Assembly: GCA_963823035.1 (NCBI GenBank)
Contig: CAWGKG010000005.1
Location: forward strand, 32,001-96,000
Length of the DNA: 64,000 bases
Direction of reading: 5' to 3'
Origin: an uncultured Gemmatimonadales bacterium
GTDB taxonomy: Bacteria > Gemmatimonadota > Gemmatimonadetes > Longimicrobiales > Gaopeijiaceae
Every line of letters begins with the position of its first letter. The stretch's first letter is position 1. This document shows, piece after piece, positions 8,854-18,175 of the stretch. The notes beneath the pieces were generated by a model, which saw nothing but the letters and a program-made list of their open reading frames with translations, was not told the origin of the DNA and searched no databases. Position numbers and translations under genes: made by a program.

Positions 8854-10635
8854 ATGCCAGAGTACCTCGCACCTGGTGTCTACGTCGAAGAGACGAGCTT
8901 CCGCGCGAAGTCCATCGAAGGCACCGGAACCAGCACGACCGCCTTCGTCGGCCCCACCCGTAAGGGGCCGGTCAGCGAAGGTGAGGACGCCCCTGAACGA
9001 CCGGAGTTGCTGACGAGCTTCGGGGACTTCGAGCGCATCTACGGCGGCCTGGGCGACCTGACGCTCGACGGGGAGAGCGTGCCCAACTACATCGCCCACG
9101 CCGCCCTGGGCTACTTCAACGAGGGCGGATCCCGCCTGTACGTCTCCCGGGTCATCGTGCCCTCGGAAGCCGCGGACGACGGCGGGGCGACGGCGTCGAG
9201 CGTGACGGTCCTCGACGGGGCCGACGCCGCCTCGAGCGTACGCTTCGACGCGCGCTTCCTCGGCAGCGCCGGCGACGGGCGGATCACGGTCATCGAGACC
9301 GTCGCCCCCGCCTCCGATCGCACGATGACCACGGCGCCCGACGGCACCCTCCTGCGCACCGGAGCCGGGGCCGGCGAGGCGCATCACCTGAAGGTCGCGG
9401 GCGCGTGGATTCCCGCGGACGACCTGGAGGGCGACGCCGCGGACGCGGCCGCGCTCGCCGCGGACGACCCGCGTATCGTCACGCTCCTGGTGGTGGCGCG
9501 CGACGCGGACGGCAACGAGCTGAGCTGGGAGGACCTGGGCTACGACACGCGGCACCCACGCGGCGTGGGACACGTGCTCGCGGCGCGGCCGGCGCGGCGC
9601 GCCGACCATCTGCAGAACGCCTTCGCGATCGTGGTGGGCGCCGACGTGAGCGCCCTCGCCCTGCACGACGCGCTCTTCACGGGGGCGACCGCCGACGCGC
9701 AGGGACGGCAACAGCGGGCGTGGGCGCTGACCGGCGGCGGCGACGGGGCGACACCCACCGCCGACGCCTACACGGACGCGCTCTGGGAGGTGGCCAACCT
9801 CGAGGACGTGGCGATCGTGGCGGCGCCCGGCTCGAGCGCCTACGGCGACGTGGACGCCGCGCGCGGGATCATGAACGCGCTGGTGGCGCACGCCGAGGCA
9901 CGCAGGGCCTACCGGATCGCGGTGCTGGACACCCCGCCCGAGCAGACCCCGGGGGAGGTGCGCGAGCTGCGCGGCCAGCTCGACTCGCGCTACGCGGCGC
10001 TCTACTACCCCTGGCTGATCGCACCCAACCCGAACGCGCGCCCGGGACGCGAGGACATCCCGCGGGAGATCGCGCTCCCGCCGTCGGGCTACGTGTGCGG
10101 CATCTACGCGCGCAACGACGTCCAGCGCGGGGTGCACAAGGCGCCGGCCAACGAGGTGGTGCGCTCCGCCATCCGCTTCGAGGTCGACATCAACTTCGGC
10201 CAGCAGGAGGTGCTGAACCCGATCGGCGTCAACTGCCTCCGCCTGCTGCCGGGGCGGGGCTACAGGGTGTGGGGCGCCCGCCTGATCTCGTCCGATCCGG
10301 AGTGGAAGTACGTCTCCGACCGCAGGTACTTCAACTACCTCGAAGCGTCCATCGACCGGGGCACCCAGTGGGCCGTGTTCGAGCCCAACGGGGAGCGGCT
10401 GTGGGCCAACGTGCGCCAGACGATCAGCGACTTCCTCTACAACGAGTGGAGGAACGGCGCGCTGCTCGGCTCCACCCCGGACGAGGCGTACTTCGTGCGC
10501 TGCGATCGCAGCACGATGACCCAGAACGACCTGGACAACGGCCGCCTGATCTGCCTGATCGGCGTGGCCATCATCAAGCCGGCGGAGTTCGTGATCTTCC
10601 GCATCGGCCAGAAGACCGCCGACGCCCGAGCCTGA
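8854..10635 (+). CDS. Contractile tail sheath protein
   Basis: MPEYLAPGVYVEE N-terminus; LPPSGYVCGIYARND...HKAPAN; WAVFEPNGERLW; CDRSTMTQNDLDNGRL; KPAEFVIFRIGQ. Confidence 0.95.
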   Translation: MPEYLAPGVYVEETSFRAKSIEGTGTSTTAFVGPTRKGPVSEGEDAPERPELLTSFGDFERIYGGLGDLTLDGESVPNYIAHAALGYFNEGGSRLYVSRVIVPSEAADDGGATASSVTVLDGADAASSVRFDARFLGSAGDGRITVIETVAPASDRTMTTAPDGTLLRTGAGAGEAHHLKVAGAWIPADDLEGDAADAAALAADDPRIVTLLVVARDADGNELSWEDLGYDTRHPRGVGHVLAARPARRADHLQNAFAIVVGADVSALALHDALFTGATADAQGRQQRAWALTGGGDGATPTADAYTDALWEVANLEDVAIVAAPGSSAYGDVDAARGIMNALVAHAEARRAYRIAVLDTPPEQTPGEVRELRGQLDSRYAALYYPWLIAPNPNARPGREDIPREIALPPSGYVCGIYARNDVQRGVHKAPANEVVRSAIRFEVDINFGQQEVLNPIGVNCLRLLPGRGYRVWGARLISSDPEWKYVSDRRYFNYLEASIDRGTQWAVFEPNGERLWANVRQTISDFLYNEWRNGALLGSTPDEAYFVRCDRSTMTQNDLDNGRLICLIGVAIIKPAEFVIFRIGQKTADARA

Positions 10636-10649
10636 GAGGAGCCTGACCC

Positions 10650-11093
10650 ATGGCCAACCGGACCGCGCCCTACGGCGCCTTCAACTACCTCGTGAACTTC
10701 GACGGTGGCGAGATCTTCGGCGGGTTCTCGGACGTGTCGGGCATCGGCACGGAGCTCACCGTGGCCGAGTACCGCAACGGCAACGACAAGGAGAACCACG
10801 TCCGCAAGATCGCGGGCGTGCACAAGATCTCGGACGTCACCTGCAAGCGCGGCATCGTCAACTCGCAGTCGCTGTGGGACTGGATCAAGAACGCGCGCGT
10901 GGCCGGTCCCAGCGCCCAGAAGACGGTCACCATCACCCTGCTCGACGAGTCGCAGCAGGCGGTGCAGTCGTGGGTGCTGCGCGGCGTGATCCCGATGAAG
11001 TACACCGGCCCCACGCTCGCCGGGAAGGGCGGAGGGGACGTGGCGATGGAAGAGGTCGTGCTCTCGGCCGAGGGGATGGAGATCGAGACGTGA
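10650..11093 (+). CDS. Tail tube protein (T4 gp19-like)
   Basis: PYGAFNYLV, GGFSDVSG, EYRNGN, DVTCKRG, VAMEEVVL. Confidence 0.93.
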   Translation: MANRTAPYGAFNYLVNFDGGEIFGGFSDVSGIGTELTVAEYRNGNDKENHVRKIAGVHKISDVTCKRGIVNSQSLWDWIKNARVAGPSAQKTVTITLLDESQQAVQSWVLRGVIPMKYTGPTLAGKGGGDVAMEEVVLSAEGMEIET

Positions 11094-11100
11094 GCGCGCG

Positions 11101-12678
11101 ATGCTGAGCGGGCTGGACTTCGAGACCGCCGAGCCCGGTGCTCCCGCGGCCCCGAACCGAGCCGACGTCGCCTGCTTCGTCGGCTTCGTGGGAAGGCGGG
11201 TCGGCGTGCCCGTGCCGGCCGCGGTGCGCGACCAGCTGCGTGCCGCGGGGTGGGTCGACGGACCGTGGGCGCTCGATCCGGATCGCATCGACGCGCTGTT
11301 GCAGGTCCCGGTCGTCCTCGACGGGTGGAACGCCTTCGACCGCCTGTTCGCGTGGAACGCGCGTACGGTGCGCGCGGGGGAGCCGGGGGTGTGCGCCGGC
11401 TACCTGGGCGCCGCCGTGCGGAGCTTCTTCGCACACGGGGGGCGGCGGCTCGTCCTCGTGCGCGCCGGGGACCCGTGGCCCTACCTGGACGGGGAGGCGC
11501 GCACCGTGGCGCGCACCGCCCGCATCGAGGCGCTGGTGCCCTCGCTCGGCGAGGCGCCGCGTCCGTTCGACGCGACGGACCCGCGCACCTGGCGCGGGAT
11601 CCAGCACCTCTACGGTCTCGGGGAGGTGAGCCACGTGTGCCTCCCGGACCTGGCGGACCTCTTCGCCGCCGACCCGCCGGACGTACCCGTGGAGCGTGCC
11701 TCCGCACCGTCGCCCGAGGTGTTCGTGCCCTGCAGCGTCGATGAGCCGGCGACGCCCGTGGACCGGGGCCTCCGCTTCGTGTCCGCGCCGCGCCTCGACG
11801 CGGCGGGATACGGCGCGTGGGCGGGTACGGTCGCGGCGACCCGTACCTTCCTCGCGCGCCACCGGCGCGACGCGCTCATGGTGGCCACGCTCCCCCTCCC
11901 GCAGACCGAGGCACGGGACCCGTCGCCGGGAGGTGTCCACGCGGGCACCGACTGGCTCGCGTTCCTTCATGGCACCGGCGTGCTCGAGGGCGTAGGGACC
12001 ACGGACGCCGCGGCGGCCGCGAGCGCGTTCGTGCACCTCGCGTGGCCCTGGCTCAGGACGACGAGCGCGGAGGACCTGCCCGAGCAGATCGAGCCCGCCG
12101 GCGGTTTGCTCGCCGGCCTGCTCGCCGCCAACGCCCTCGCGCGCGGCACCTTCCGCTCCGTCGCGGGCACGCCGCTTCCGCGGGTGATCGCGCCGGTGCC
12201 GATGCCCGACCTCGGCCTGGGGCCCGACAGCCCCACGGCACGCCTGGCCGAGCGCGTCTGCCTGATCGGACCCGAGACGGACGGCGTGACCCTCCTGTCC
12301 GACGTGACCAGCTCGCCCGACCGGGCGTGGCGCCCCGGGGGCGTGAGCCGGCTGATGTCCACCGTGCTGAGGGCGGCCCGCCGGGTTGGCGAGGAACAGC
12401 TGTTCGAGGCCAACGGCCCGGAGTTGTGGACCCGGATCCGCCGTGCCATGGAGGATCTCCTCGACGCCTTCGTCCGCGCCGGCGCCCTGGAGGCGCGGGG
12501 CCGCGAGCCGGCCTACGAGGTGCGCTGCGACCAGACCACGATGACGCAGAACGACCTCGACAACGGACGGGTCCGCGTGCACATCACGGTGGCGCCCGCG
12601 GCTGCGGTGGAGCGCATCACCGTCTCGCTCGAGCTCGGGGCGGGCGGCGCCGCTTCCGGGCTGCGTGAGGTGGCGTGA
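11101..12678 (+). CDS. Second, divergent sheath-family protein
   Basis: RADVACFVGF N-terminus; C-terminal FEANGPELW...YEVRCDQTTMTQNDLDNGR matches sheath 1. Confidence 0.85.
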   Translation: MLSGLDFETAEPGAPAAPNRADVACFVGFVGRRVGVPVPAAVRDQLRAAGWVDGPWALDPDRIDALLQVPVVLDGWNAFDRLFAWNARTVRAGEPGVCAGYLGAAVRSFFAHGGRRLVLVRAGDPWPYLDGEARTVARTARIEALVPSLGEAPRPFDATDPRTWRGIQHLYGLGEVSHVCLPDLADLFAADPPDVPVERASAPSPEVFVPCSVDEPATPVDRGLRFVSAPRLDAAGYGAWAGTVAATRTFLARHRRDALMVATLPLPQTEARDPSPGGVHAGTDWLAFLHGTGVLEGVGTTDAAAAASAFVHLAWPWLRTTSAEDLPEQIEPAGGLLAGLLAANALARGTFRSVAGTPLPRVIAPVPMPDLGLGPDSPTARLAERVCLIGPETDGVTLLSDVTSSPDRAWRPGGVSRLMSTVLRAARRVGEEQLFEANGPELWTRIRRAMEDLLDAFVRAGALEARGREPAYEVRCDQTTMTQNDLDNGRVRVHITVAPAAAVERITVSLELGAGGAASGLREVA

Positions 12679-13154
12679 TGAGCGAGAGCGCACCCCTCCA
12701 CGTGTTCCGCTTCCACGTGACCTTCAAGCGCGATGCGCTCCAGGGCGCCCCGTCCGGCGGGCCCGTCGACCTGTGCAGGGGCTCGTTCGCCGAATGCACG
12801 GGCCTCGAAGCCACCATGGAGCCGAAGGTCATCAAGGCGGGCGGCATGAACTACGGGTCCCCCCAGCGGGCGGGCCCGGTGAGCTTCTCGACCGTCGTGC
12901 TCAAGCGCGGTATGACGTCGACGCGGGACCTGTGGCAGTGGTTCCAGTCCGTGGCGGGTGGCGGCTACGCGATGCGGTTGTCCGTCGAGATCGCGATGCA
13001 CGACACGCGCGGGGAAACCGTGCACACCTGGGGCCTCAAGCGGGCGATGCCCGTGAAGTTCAAGGCCGCCGACCTGAACGCGCGCGGCACCGAGATCGGG
13101 GTGGAAGAGCTCCACCTGGCCCACGAAGGGCTGCAACTCCTGGGCAGCGGCTGA
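12678..13154 (+). CDS. Second tail tube protein (gp19-like)
   Basis: FRFHV, GSFAECTGLE, VVLKRGMT, PVKFKAADLNA, VEELHLAHEG. Confidence 0.9.
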   Translation: MSESAPLHVFRFHVTFKRDALQGAPSGGPVDLCRGSFAECTGLEATMEPKVIKAGGMNYGSPQRAGPVSFSTVVLKRGMTSTRDLWQWFQSVAGGGYAMRLSVEIAMHDTRGETVHTWGLKRAMPVKFKAADLNARGTEIGVEELHLAHEGLQLLGSG

Positions 13155-13164
13155 GGAGAAGACG

Positions 13165-14217
13165 ATGACGACTCCGGAGCTGGAACGCGTGGAGCTGGCG
13201 CACTTCAAGACGTTGCCGCCGGGCGGCGCGCCGAGCGTCGAGTTCGACGTGCACTTCAACCCGACGTCGCTGCAGCACACCATCTCCAACACGCTCAAGG
13301 ACGAGGGGAGCGGAGGCCGCACGAAGCAGTTCGTGGACAAGACGACCGCGAAGCTCAGCATGCAGCTCGTGTTCGACACCACGGACACGGGCGAGGACGT
13401 GCGCGTCCACACGGACAAGGTGGCGAAGCTGCTGCAGCCGGTCGCCGAGGACCAGAAGCAGGTGCCGCCCAACGTCGAGTTCAGTTGGGGCCTCTACAGC
13501 TTCCTCGGCATGGTGGAGCAGTACAAGGAGACCATCGACTTCTTCGCGGCGAGCGGTGTGCCGTTGCGCTCCACCGTGGACATCTCGCTCGCCAGCCAGG
13601 ACGTGCAGTTCGACAGCGCGAAGAACCCGCCGGCGAGCGTGGACGGCGACCTTGGACCGGAGCCTTCGGTGCTCGCCGGGGGCGGTGGACCGAGCGGTCT
13701 CGCGAGCGCCCTGGGCGATCCGCGCGCGGCGCGGGCCATCGCGTCGGCCAACGGGTCGGTATCGCTCCGCTTCGGCGCCGAGGCCGGCCTGGCCGTCGGT
13801 GCGTCCGTCGAGCTGAAGGCGGAGGCCGCCTTCTCCGCGGGCGCGAGCGCGGGCATCGGTATCGGTGCGAGCGCCGGCATCGGCATCGGAGCGGGTGCAG
13901 GCATCGGTATCGGTGCGGGCGCGGGCATCGGCATCGGTGCGAGCGCGGGCATCAGCGGCGGTGCGAGCGCGGGCATCGGCGGCGGGGCCTCGGCCGGCGC
14001 CTCCGGCGCTGCCTTCGCCGCCCTCCGTACGGGCGTCTCCGCCTCCACGTCCATGCCCAGCGGTCGGCCTCTGCTCAGCGCGTCCTCGAGCGCCGGCGCG
14101 GTCGGCGGCGGCGCCAGCTTCGGCCTGGGCGGCAAGGCGGAGACCCAGGCCGGCGCCAGCCTTGGCGCGGACGTCGGCGCCGGCGCCGACCTCAACACCC
14201 TCATCCGGTTCGAATAG
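13165..14217 (+). CDS. CIS tube initiator (Afp7/Pvc7-like) with Gly/Ala-rich repeat C-terminus
   Basis: VHFNPTSL, LSMQLVFDTT, PPNVEFSWG, FFAASGVPLRSTVDISL; position between tube and hub genes. Confidence 0.8.
   Translation: MTTPELERVELAHFKTLPPGGAPSVEFDVHFNPTSLQHTISNTLKDEGSGGRTKQFVDKTTAKLSMQLVFDTTDTGEDVRVHTDKVAKLLQPVAEDQKQVPPNVEFSWGLYSFLGMVEQYKETIDFFAASGVPLRSTVDISLASQDVQFDSAKNPPASVDGDLGPEPSVLAGGGGPSGLASALGDPRAARAIASANGSVSLRFGAEAGLAVGASVELKAEAAFSAGASAGIGIGASAGIGIGAGAGIGIGAGAGIGIGASAGISGGASAGIGGGASAGASGAAFAALRTGVSASTSMPSGRPLLSASSSAGAVGGGASFGLGGKAETQAGASLGADVGAGADLNTLIRFE
13840..14007 (+). repeat. Seven degenerate 24-bp coding repeats (GASAGIGI-type octapeptide)
   Basis: GASAGIGI x2, GAGAGIGI x2, GASAGISG, GASAGIGG, GASAGASG. 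Confidence 0.9.
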
Positions 14218-14235
14218 CCACGCGGGAGCGTCGAG

Positions 14236-14406
14236 ATGCCCATCGTCTTCGAAGAGGTCAGCGGGGAGATCGTCCCCGAAGCGCGCGCGGAGCGCCCCGG
14301 TGAGGCCGTGCGTGCCCCGGCGCCGTCGCCCGCGGAGCTGGACGACCGGATCCGCTTGGTGCTCGCTCGTGAGCGCCGCCGCGCCCAGCGGCTCTCGGAC
14401 CGATAG
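14236..14406 (+). CDS. Small 56-aa protein, Afp6/Pvc6-like by size and context (absent from the ORF track)
   Basis: Manual translation MPIVFEEVSGEIVPEARAERPGEAVRAPAPSPAELDDRIRLVLARERRRAQRLSDR*; GGAG RBS; fills the gap between neighbours. Confidence 0.7.
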   Translation: MPIVFEEVSGEIVPEARAERPGEAVRAPAPSPAELDDRIRLVLARERRRAQRLSDR

Positions 14407-14415
14407 GACACGGCC

Positions 14416-15504
14416 ATGCCCGCCAGCGACTCCCACGACCCGATCTACCGCGCGCGGCCGACGCTCCGCTTCAACGGAGAGCCGGATTCGCGGGCCAGTG
14501 AGCTCGTGCAGAGCATGCTCATGAGCGAGGCCGAAGGCGGGATGCGCGCGCTCGAGCTCGGGCTGTCCAACTGGGCGAGCACGCGCGACGGTGGGGCGGA
14601 GCTGGCCTTCGGCGCAGACACGCGCCTGCGGCTGGGTGCCGAGATCGAGGTCTACGGAGGGGAGGTCGACCAGCCACGCGAGCTCTTCCGTGGCCATATC
14701 ACGGGCCTCGAGGCGCATCACGAGCGCGGCCGCCCTCCCGAGCTCCTGGTCTTCGCGGAGGACGCCCTCCTGGGCGCTCGCATGGTCCGACGGAGCCGCG
14801 TGTTCCGCGACCAATCGCCCGCGGACATCGTGCGCACGATCGCCTCGGGGCTCTCGCTCCAACCCGTGGTGGCGGGCCTGGATGCCCCCGTGCAGACGTG
14901 GGCGCAGCTCGACGAGACCGACCTGGCGTTCGTGCGCCGGATCCTCGCGCGCTTGGACGCCGACGTTCAGGTCGTGGGGACGGAGCTGCACGTGTCCCCG
15001 CGGGCGCAGGTGCGGCGCGCGGACCTCACGCTGAGCGCGGAGGACGACCTCCGATCGATCAACGTGTGCGCGGACCTGGCGGAACAGGTCACGAGCCTGA
15101 GCGTGCGCGGGTGGGACGTGGCGCAGGGGCAGGCGGTGAAGGCGGAGCTGCACCAGGGGACGAACCTCGGCCCGGGTCGGGGCCGCAACGGCTCGGAGGT
15201 GCTGCAGGAGGCGCTCGGCGACCGACCGGACAACGTCGGCCACCTCGCCGTGGGTAGCCAGGACGAGGCGCAGGCGCTGGCCGAGGCCGCCTTCGACCGC
15301 CGCGCGCGGCGCTTCGTGCGCGCCACGGGCGTCACGGAAGGCAACCCGAGCCTCCGCGTCGGCGTGCACCTGCGCATCACGGGTCTCGGGACGCGCTTCG
15401 ACAACGAGTACTACGTCGCGAGCACGCGGCACCGCTTCGATCTGCACGAGGGCTACCGCACCGAGTTCACGGCCGAATGCGCCTTCGTGGGAGGCGATGC
15501 CTGA
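14416..15504 (+). CDS. Baseplate hub (phage late control D / VgrG N-terminal-like)
   Basis: LFRGHITGLE, QLDETDLAFVRR, VRGWD, GNPSLRVG, YYVASTRHRF...GYRTEF. Confidence 0.88.
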   Translation: MPASDSHDPIYRARPTLRFNGEPDSRASELVQSMLMSEAEGGMRALELGLSNWASTRDGGAELAFGADTRLRLGAEIEVYGGEVDQPRELFRGHITGLEAHHERGRPPELLVFAEDALLGARMVRRSRVFRDQSPADIVRTIASGLSLQPVVAGLDAPVQTWAQLDETDLAFVRRILARLDADVQVVGTELHVSPRAQVRRADLTLSAEDDLRSINVCADLAEQVTSLSVRGWDVAQGQAVKAELHQGTNLGPGRGRNGSEVLQEALGDRPDNVGHLAVGSQDEAQALAEAAFDRRARRFVRATGVTEGNPSLRVGVHLRITGLGTRFDNEYYVASTRHRFDLHEGYRTEFTAECAFVGGDA

Positions 15505-16202
15505 TGGACGGTTGCTCGCACCTGGCTCCCCTCCTGGAGCGCCCGGCCGGCTGGCTGTACGGTGCGCACCTGGCCCGCGTGGTCTCGATCGACGATCCGC
15601 AGGGCGCGAACCGCGTCCAGGTCCGCCTGGTCGCGTGCGACGACGCCGAGGAGCAGGACGCTCCGCTGTGGGCGCGCGTGGTGTGTCCCTTCGCCGGCCA
15701 GGACCGGGGCGCGTTCCTGATTCCGGACGTCGACGACGAGGTGCTGGTCGCGTTCCACAACGGCGACCCCTCCTACCCCCTCGTGCTGGGTGGCCTCTGG
15801 AACGGGAGCGCCACGCCGCCCGCCGAGATCGGCTCGGACGGGAATCGCTACAAGCGGCTCCGCTCGAAGAACGGCGTGACGATAACGCTGGACGACCAGT
15901 CCGGGCAGGAGGCCTTCGTCGCGGAGACGCCCGGTGGACAGCGCATCACGCTCCGCGACGGTCCGGGCACCGTCGTGATCGAGGACGCCAACGGCAACTC
16001 GATCGAGCTCGCCACCTCCGGCATCACCGTGACGGCCGCGGCCAAGGTGAAGGTGGAGGCGGCCAAGGTGGAGGTCAGCGCCGGGATGGTGGACGTGAAC
16101 GCGGCCATGGCGAAGTTCTCGGGCGTGGTGCAGTGCCAGACGTTGATCGCCACAGCCGTGGTGTCGTCCTCGTACACGCCCGGCGCGGGCAACGTCTGGT
16201 AG
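15504..16202 (+). CDS. Spike / baseplate assembly protein V (gp5 OB-fold plus beta-helix)
   Basis: DDPQGANRVQV, WARV, GAFLIPDVDDEVLVAFHNGDPSYPLVLGGLWNG; ATG overlaps upstream TGA. Confidence 0.9.
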   Translation: MDGCSHLAPLLERPAGWLYGAHLARVVSIDDPQGANRVQVRLVACDDAEEQDAPLWARVVCPFAGQDRGAFLIPDVDDEVLVAFHNGDPSYPLVLGGLWNGSATPPAEIGSDGNRYKRLRSKNGVTITLDDQSGQEAFVAETPGGQRITLRDGPGTVVIEDANGNSIELATSGITVTAAAKVKVEAAKVEVSAGMVDVNAAMAKFSGVVQCQTLIATAVVSSSYTPGAGNVW

Positions 16203-16209
16203 GCCGACG

Positions 16210-17772
16210 ATGAGCCCTCACCCGATCACCCTCGCCGGCCCGCGCAGCCTGAGCGATGCCTTCGCGCCCTTCCTGCTCGAGCGGGACGACCCCGACTTCG
16301 TGGGCGCCGTCCTCGCGGAGCTGCCCACCCCCGCGGGACGGACACGGCTGGTGGGGACGCGCGCGCAGGCCCGCACCTCGGACCAGGTGCTCAAGCTCTA
16401 TCCGCCCGTACAGCGCCGCTTCCACATCGCGCTGGTCGAGGCCTGGTGCGAGACGGCGGGCCGGCCGCGGATCGACCCGAAGCGCGTCGACGCCGCGGGG
16501 ATGGTGCTCCGCCGCGTGCACGCCGGCGCGGACGGCCGCGTCCTCGAAGGATGGATGACCGCCTCGGGGGTGCTGCGCGGTTGGGTCCCGGTCGACCGAC
16601 TGGGCGATGCGTGCTCGGATCCGGAGCCCTTGGTGCGGCGGGCCAGGAAGGACACCGGAGTGGTCTCGATCGACCGCGCGTTGCGCGCCCTTTCGGCCGG
16701 CACCGACGCGAGCGTCCTGCAGGAGGACGTCGCCCCCATGTTCGTGGCGCCCCCGGACGTGTGCGCGGGCAGCGGGCGGACCTACTACTACGGCGTCGTG
16801 CCGACGGCCAGCTCGGAGCTGGCGCAGGCCGAGCCGGACGTGGCCGCCGCGTTCGAGGGATTCGAGGCGGACTCCGCTGCCTTCCTCGACCACCTCGTGA
16901 GCCCACTGCGGGGGCAGGGCACCACCTTCCCGAATCCCCCGCTCGCCGCGCGCCGCTTCGACAAGGGCTGGCTCGAGACGCTCCTCGAAGCGTCGCCGAC
17001 CTCGGGTCCCGGCCTGTTCCTCAGGCTGCTGCGCCAGGTCGTCGTGGAGTTCGACGCCTTTGGGGAATCGGCGGCGGCGCGGGCGCTCCTCGCCGAGCTC
17101 GAGGACCTCCGCGTGGAGTACGTCCTGCAGGAGGGCGAGACGACCCGCCGTACCCGGTCCGCGGCCCAATTCCTCGGCGATGCGGCCCACGTGCTGCTGG
17201 AGGGAGGGAGCGGGACCGTGGAGATGCCGGAGCGGTGGCCGGCGATCTCGGATGCGGCGAAGGCCACGCTGGCCGGTAAGCTGTCAGCAGCCATGCGCGA
17301 GCGCTTCAAGAGCGTGACGGGCCGGCCGGGACGCTTCGACGAGCCGGACGCCGCGTACGTGCTGCGCGCCTTCGTGCGGCTCAAGCCCGAGAACGGTTGT
17401 CCCCCACGCACGGTGTGGAGCGACTACACGGAGCCGTTCGTCATCGCGCCCTGGTACGAGAGCGTGGGCAACCCGGTGAAGATCGCGCTGCCCGACCTGA
17501 CCGATCGCAACCTGCTCAAGTCGCTCAAGCCCAACGTCGCGTTCACGGTGCCGCCGGCGCTGCAGGGACTGCTCACCGGCAACCCGAAGGACCTGATGGA
17601 GGGGAAGGGCGGGGGAGCCTCCTTCGGCGTCGGTTGGATCTGCAGCTTCAGCATCCCCGTGATCACGTTCTGCGCGTTCATCGTGCTGAACATCTTCCTG
17701 TCCCTTTTCGACCTGATCTTCAACTGGATGCTCTTCATCAAGATCTGCATCCCGTACCCGAAGGCGAAGTAG
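16210..17772 (+). CDS. Uncharacterised 520-aa protein with hydrophobic Cys-containing C-terminal segment
   Basis: Intact ORF between spike and gp25; ends WICSFSIPVITFCAFIVLNIFLSLFDLIFNWMLFIKICIPYPKAK. Confidence 0.8.
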   Translation: MSPHPITLAGPRSLSDAFAPFLLERDDPDFVGAVLAELPTPAGRTRLVGTRAQARTSDQVLKLYPPVQRRFHIALVEAWCETAGRPRIDPKRVDAAGMVLRRVHAGADGRVLEGWMTASGVLRGWVPVDRLGDACSDPEPLVRRARKDTGVVSIDRALRALSAGTDASVLQEDVAPMFVAPPDVCAGSGRTYYYGVVPTASSELAQAEPDVAAAFEGFEADSAAFLDHLVSPLRGQGTTFPNPPLAARRFDKGWLETLLEASPTSGPGLFLRLLRQVVVEFDAFGESAAARALLAELEDLRVEYVLQEGETTRRTRSAAQFLGDAAHVLLEGGSGTVEMPERWPAISDAAKATLAGKLSAAMRERFKSVTGRPGRFDEPDAAYVLRAFVRLKPENGCPPRTVWSDYTEPFVIAPWYESVGNPVKIALPDLTDRNLLKSLKPNVAFTVPPALQGLLTGNPKDLMEGKGGGASFGVGWICSFSIPVITFCAFIVLNIFLSLFDLIFNWMLFIKICIPYPKAK

Positions 17773-17776
17773 GGAA

Positions 17777-18175
17777 ATGGCCATGAACGCCCTTCCACGA
17801 CCCCTTCTCGGTTGGCCCCTGATGCCGCTGCCGGACGAGCACGGCAGGCTGTCCTGGCCCACGCTCGAGGACAGCGTGCGCGAGCTGATCCGCGTCGTCC
17901 TGAGCACGCGGCCGGGCGAGCAGTTGATGCGCCCCGATTTCGGCGCCGGGCTCGAGCTGCTCCTGCACGAGCCCAACACGCTGGCCACGCGTCGGCGCAT
18001 CCGCGACAGGATCCAGGACGCGATCACGCGCTGGGAGCGCCGTGTCGTACTCGACCGCGTGGACGTGCGGGATCTGGACGGGGAGCCGAGCCACGTGCGC
18101 GTCGAGATCGGATACCGCCTGGCCCGTAGCGGAGCGCCCGCCTCGGTGGCCCTGACCGTTCAGCTGGAGGGGTGA
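17777..18175 (+). CDS. GPW/gp25-like baseplate (sheath initiator) protein
   Basis: VLSTRPGEQLMRPDFGAGL...AITRWERRV. Confidence 0.9.
   Translation: MAMNALPRPLLGWPLMPLPDEHGRLSWPTLEDSVRELIRVVLSTRPGEQLMRPDFGAGLELLLHEPNTLATRRRIRDRIQDAITRWERRVVLDRVDVRDLDGEPSHVRVEIGYRLARSGAPASVALTVQLEG

Noticed and set aside
13840..14007. CRISPR array
   Set aside because: Repeats are contiguous, in-frame coding units without unique spacers; no cas genes in the window
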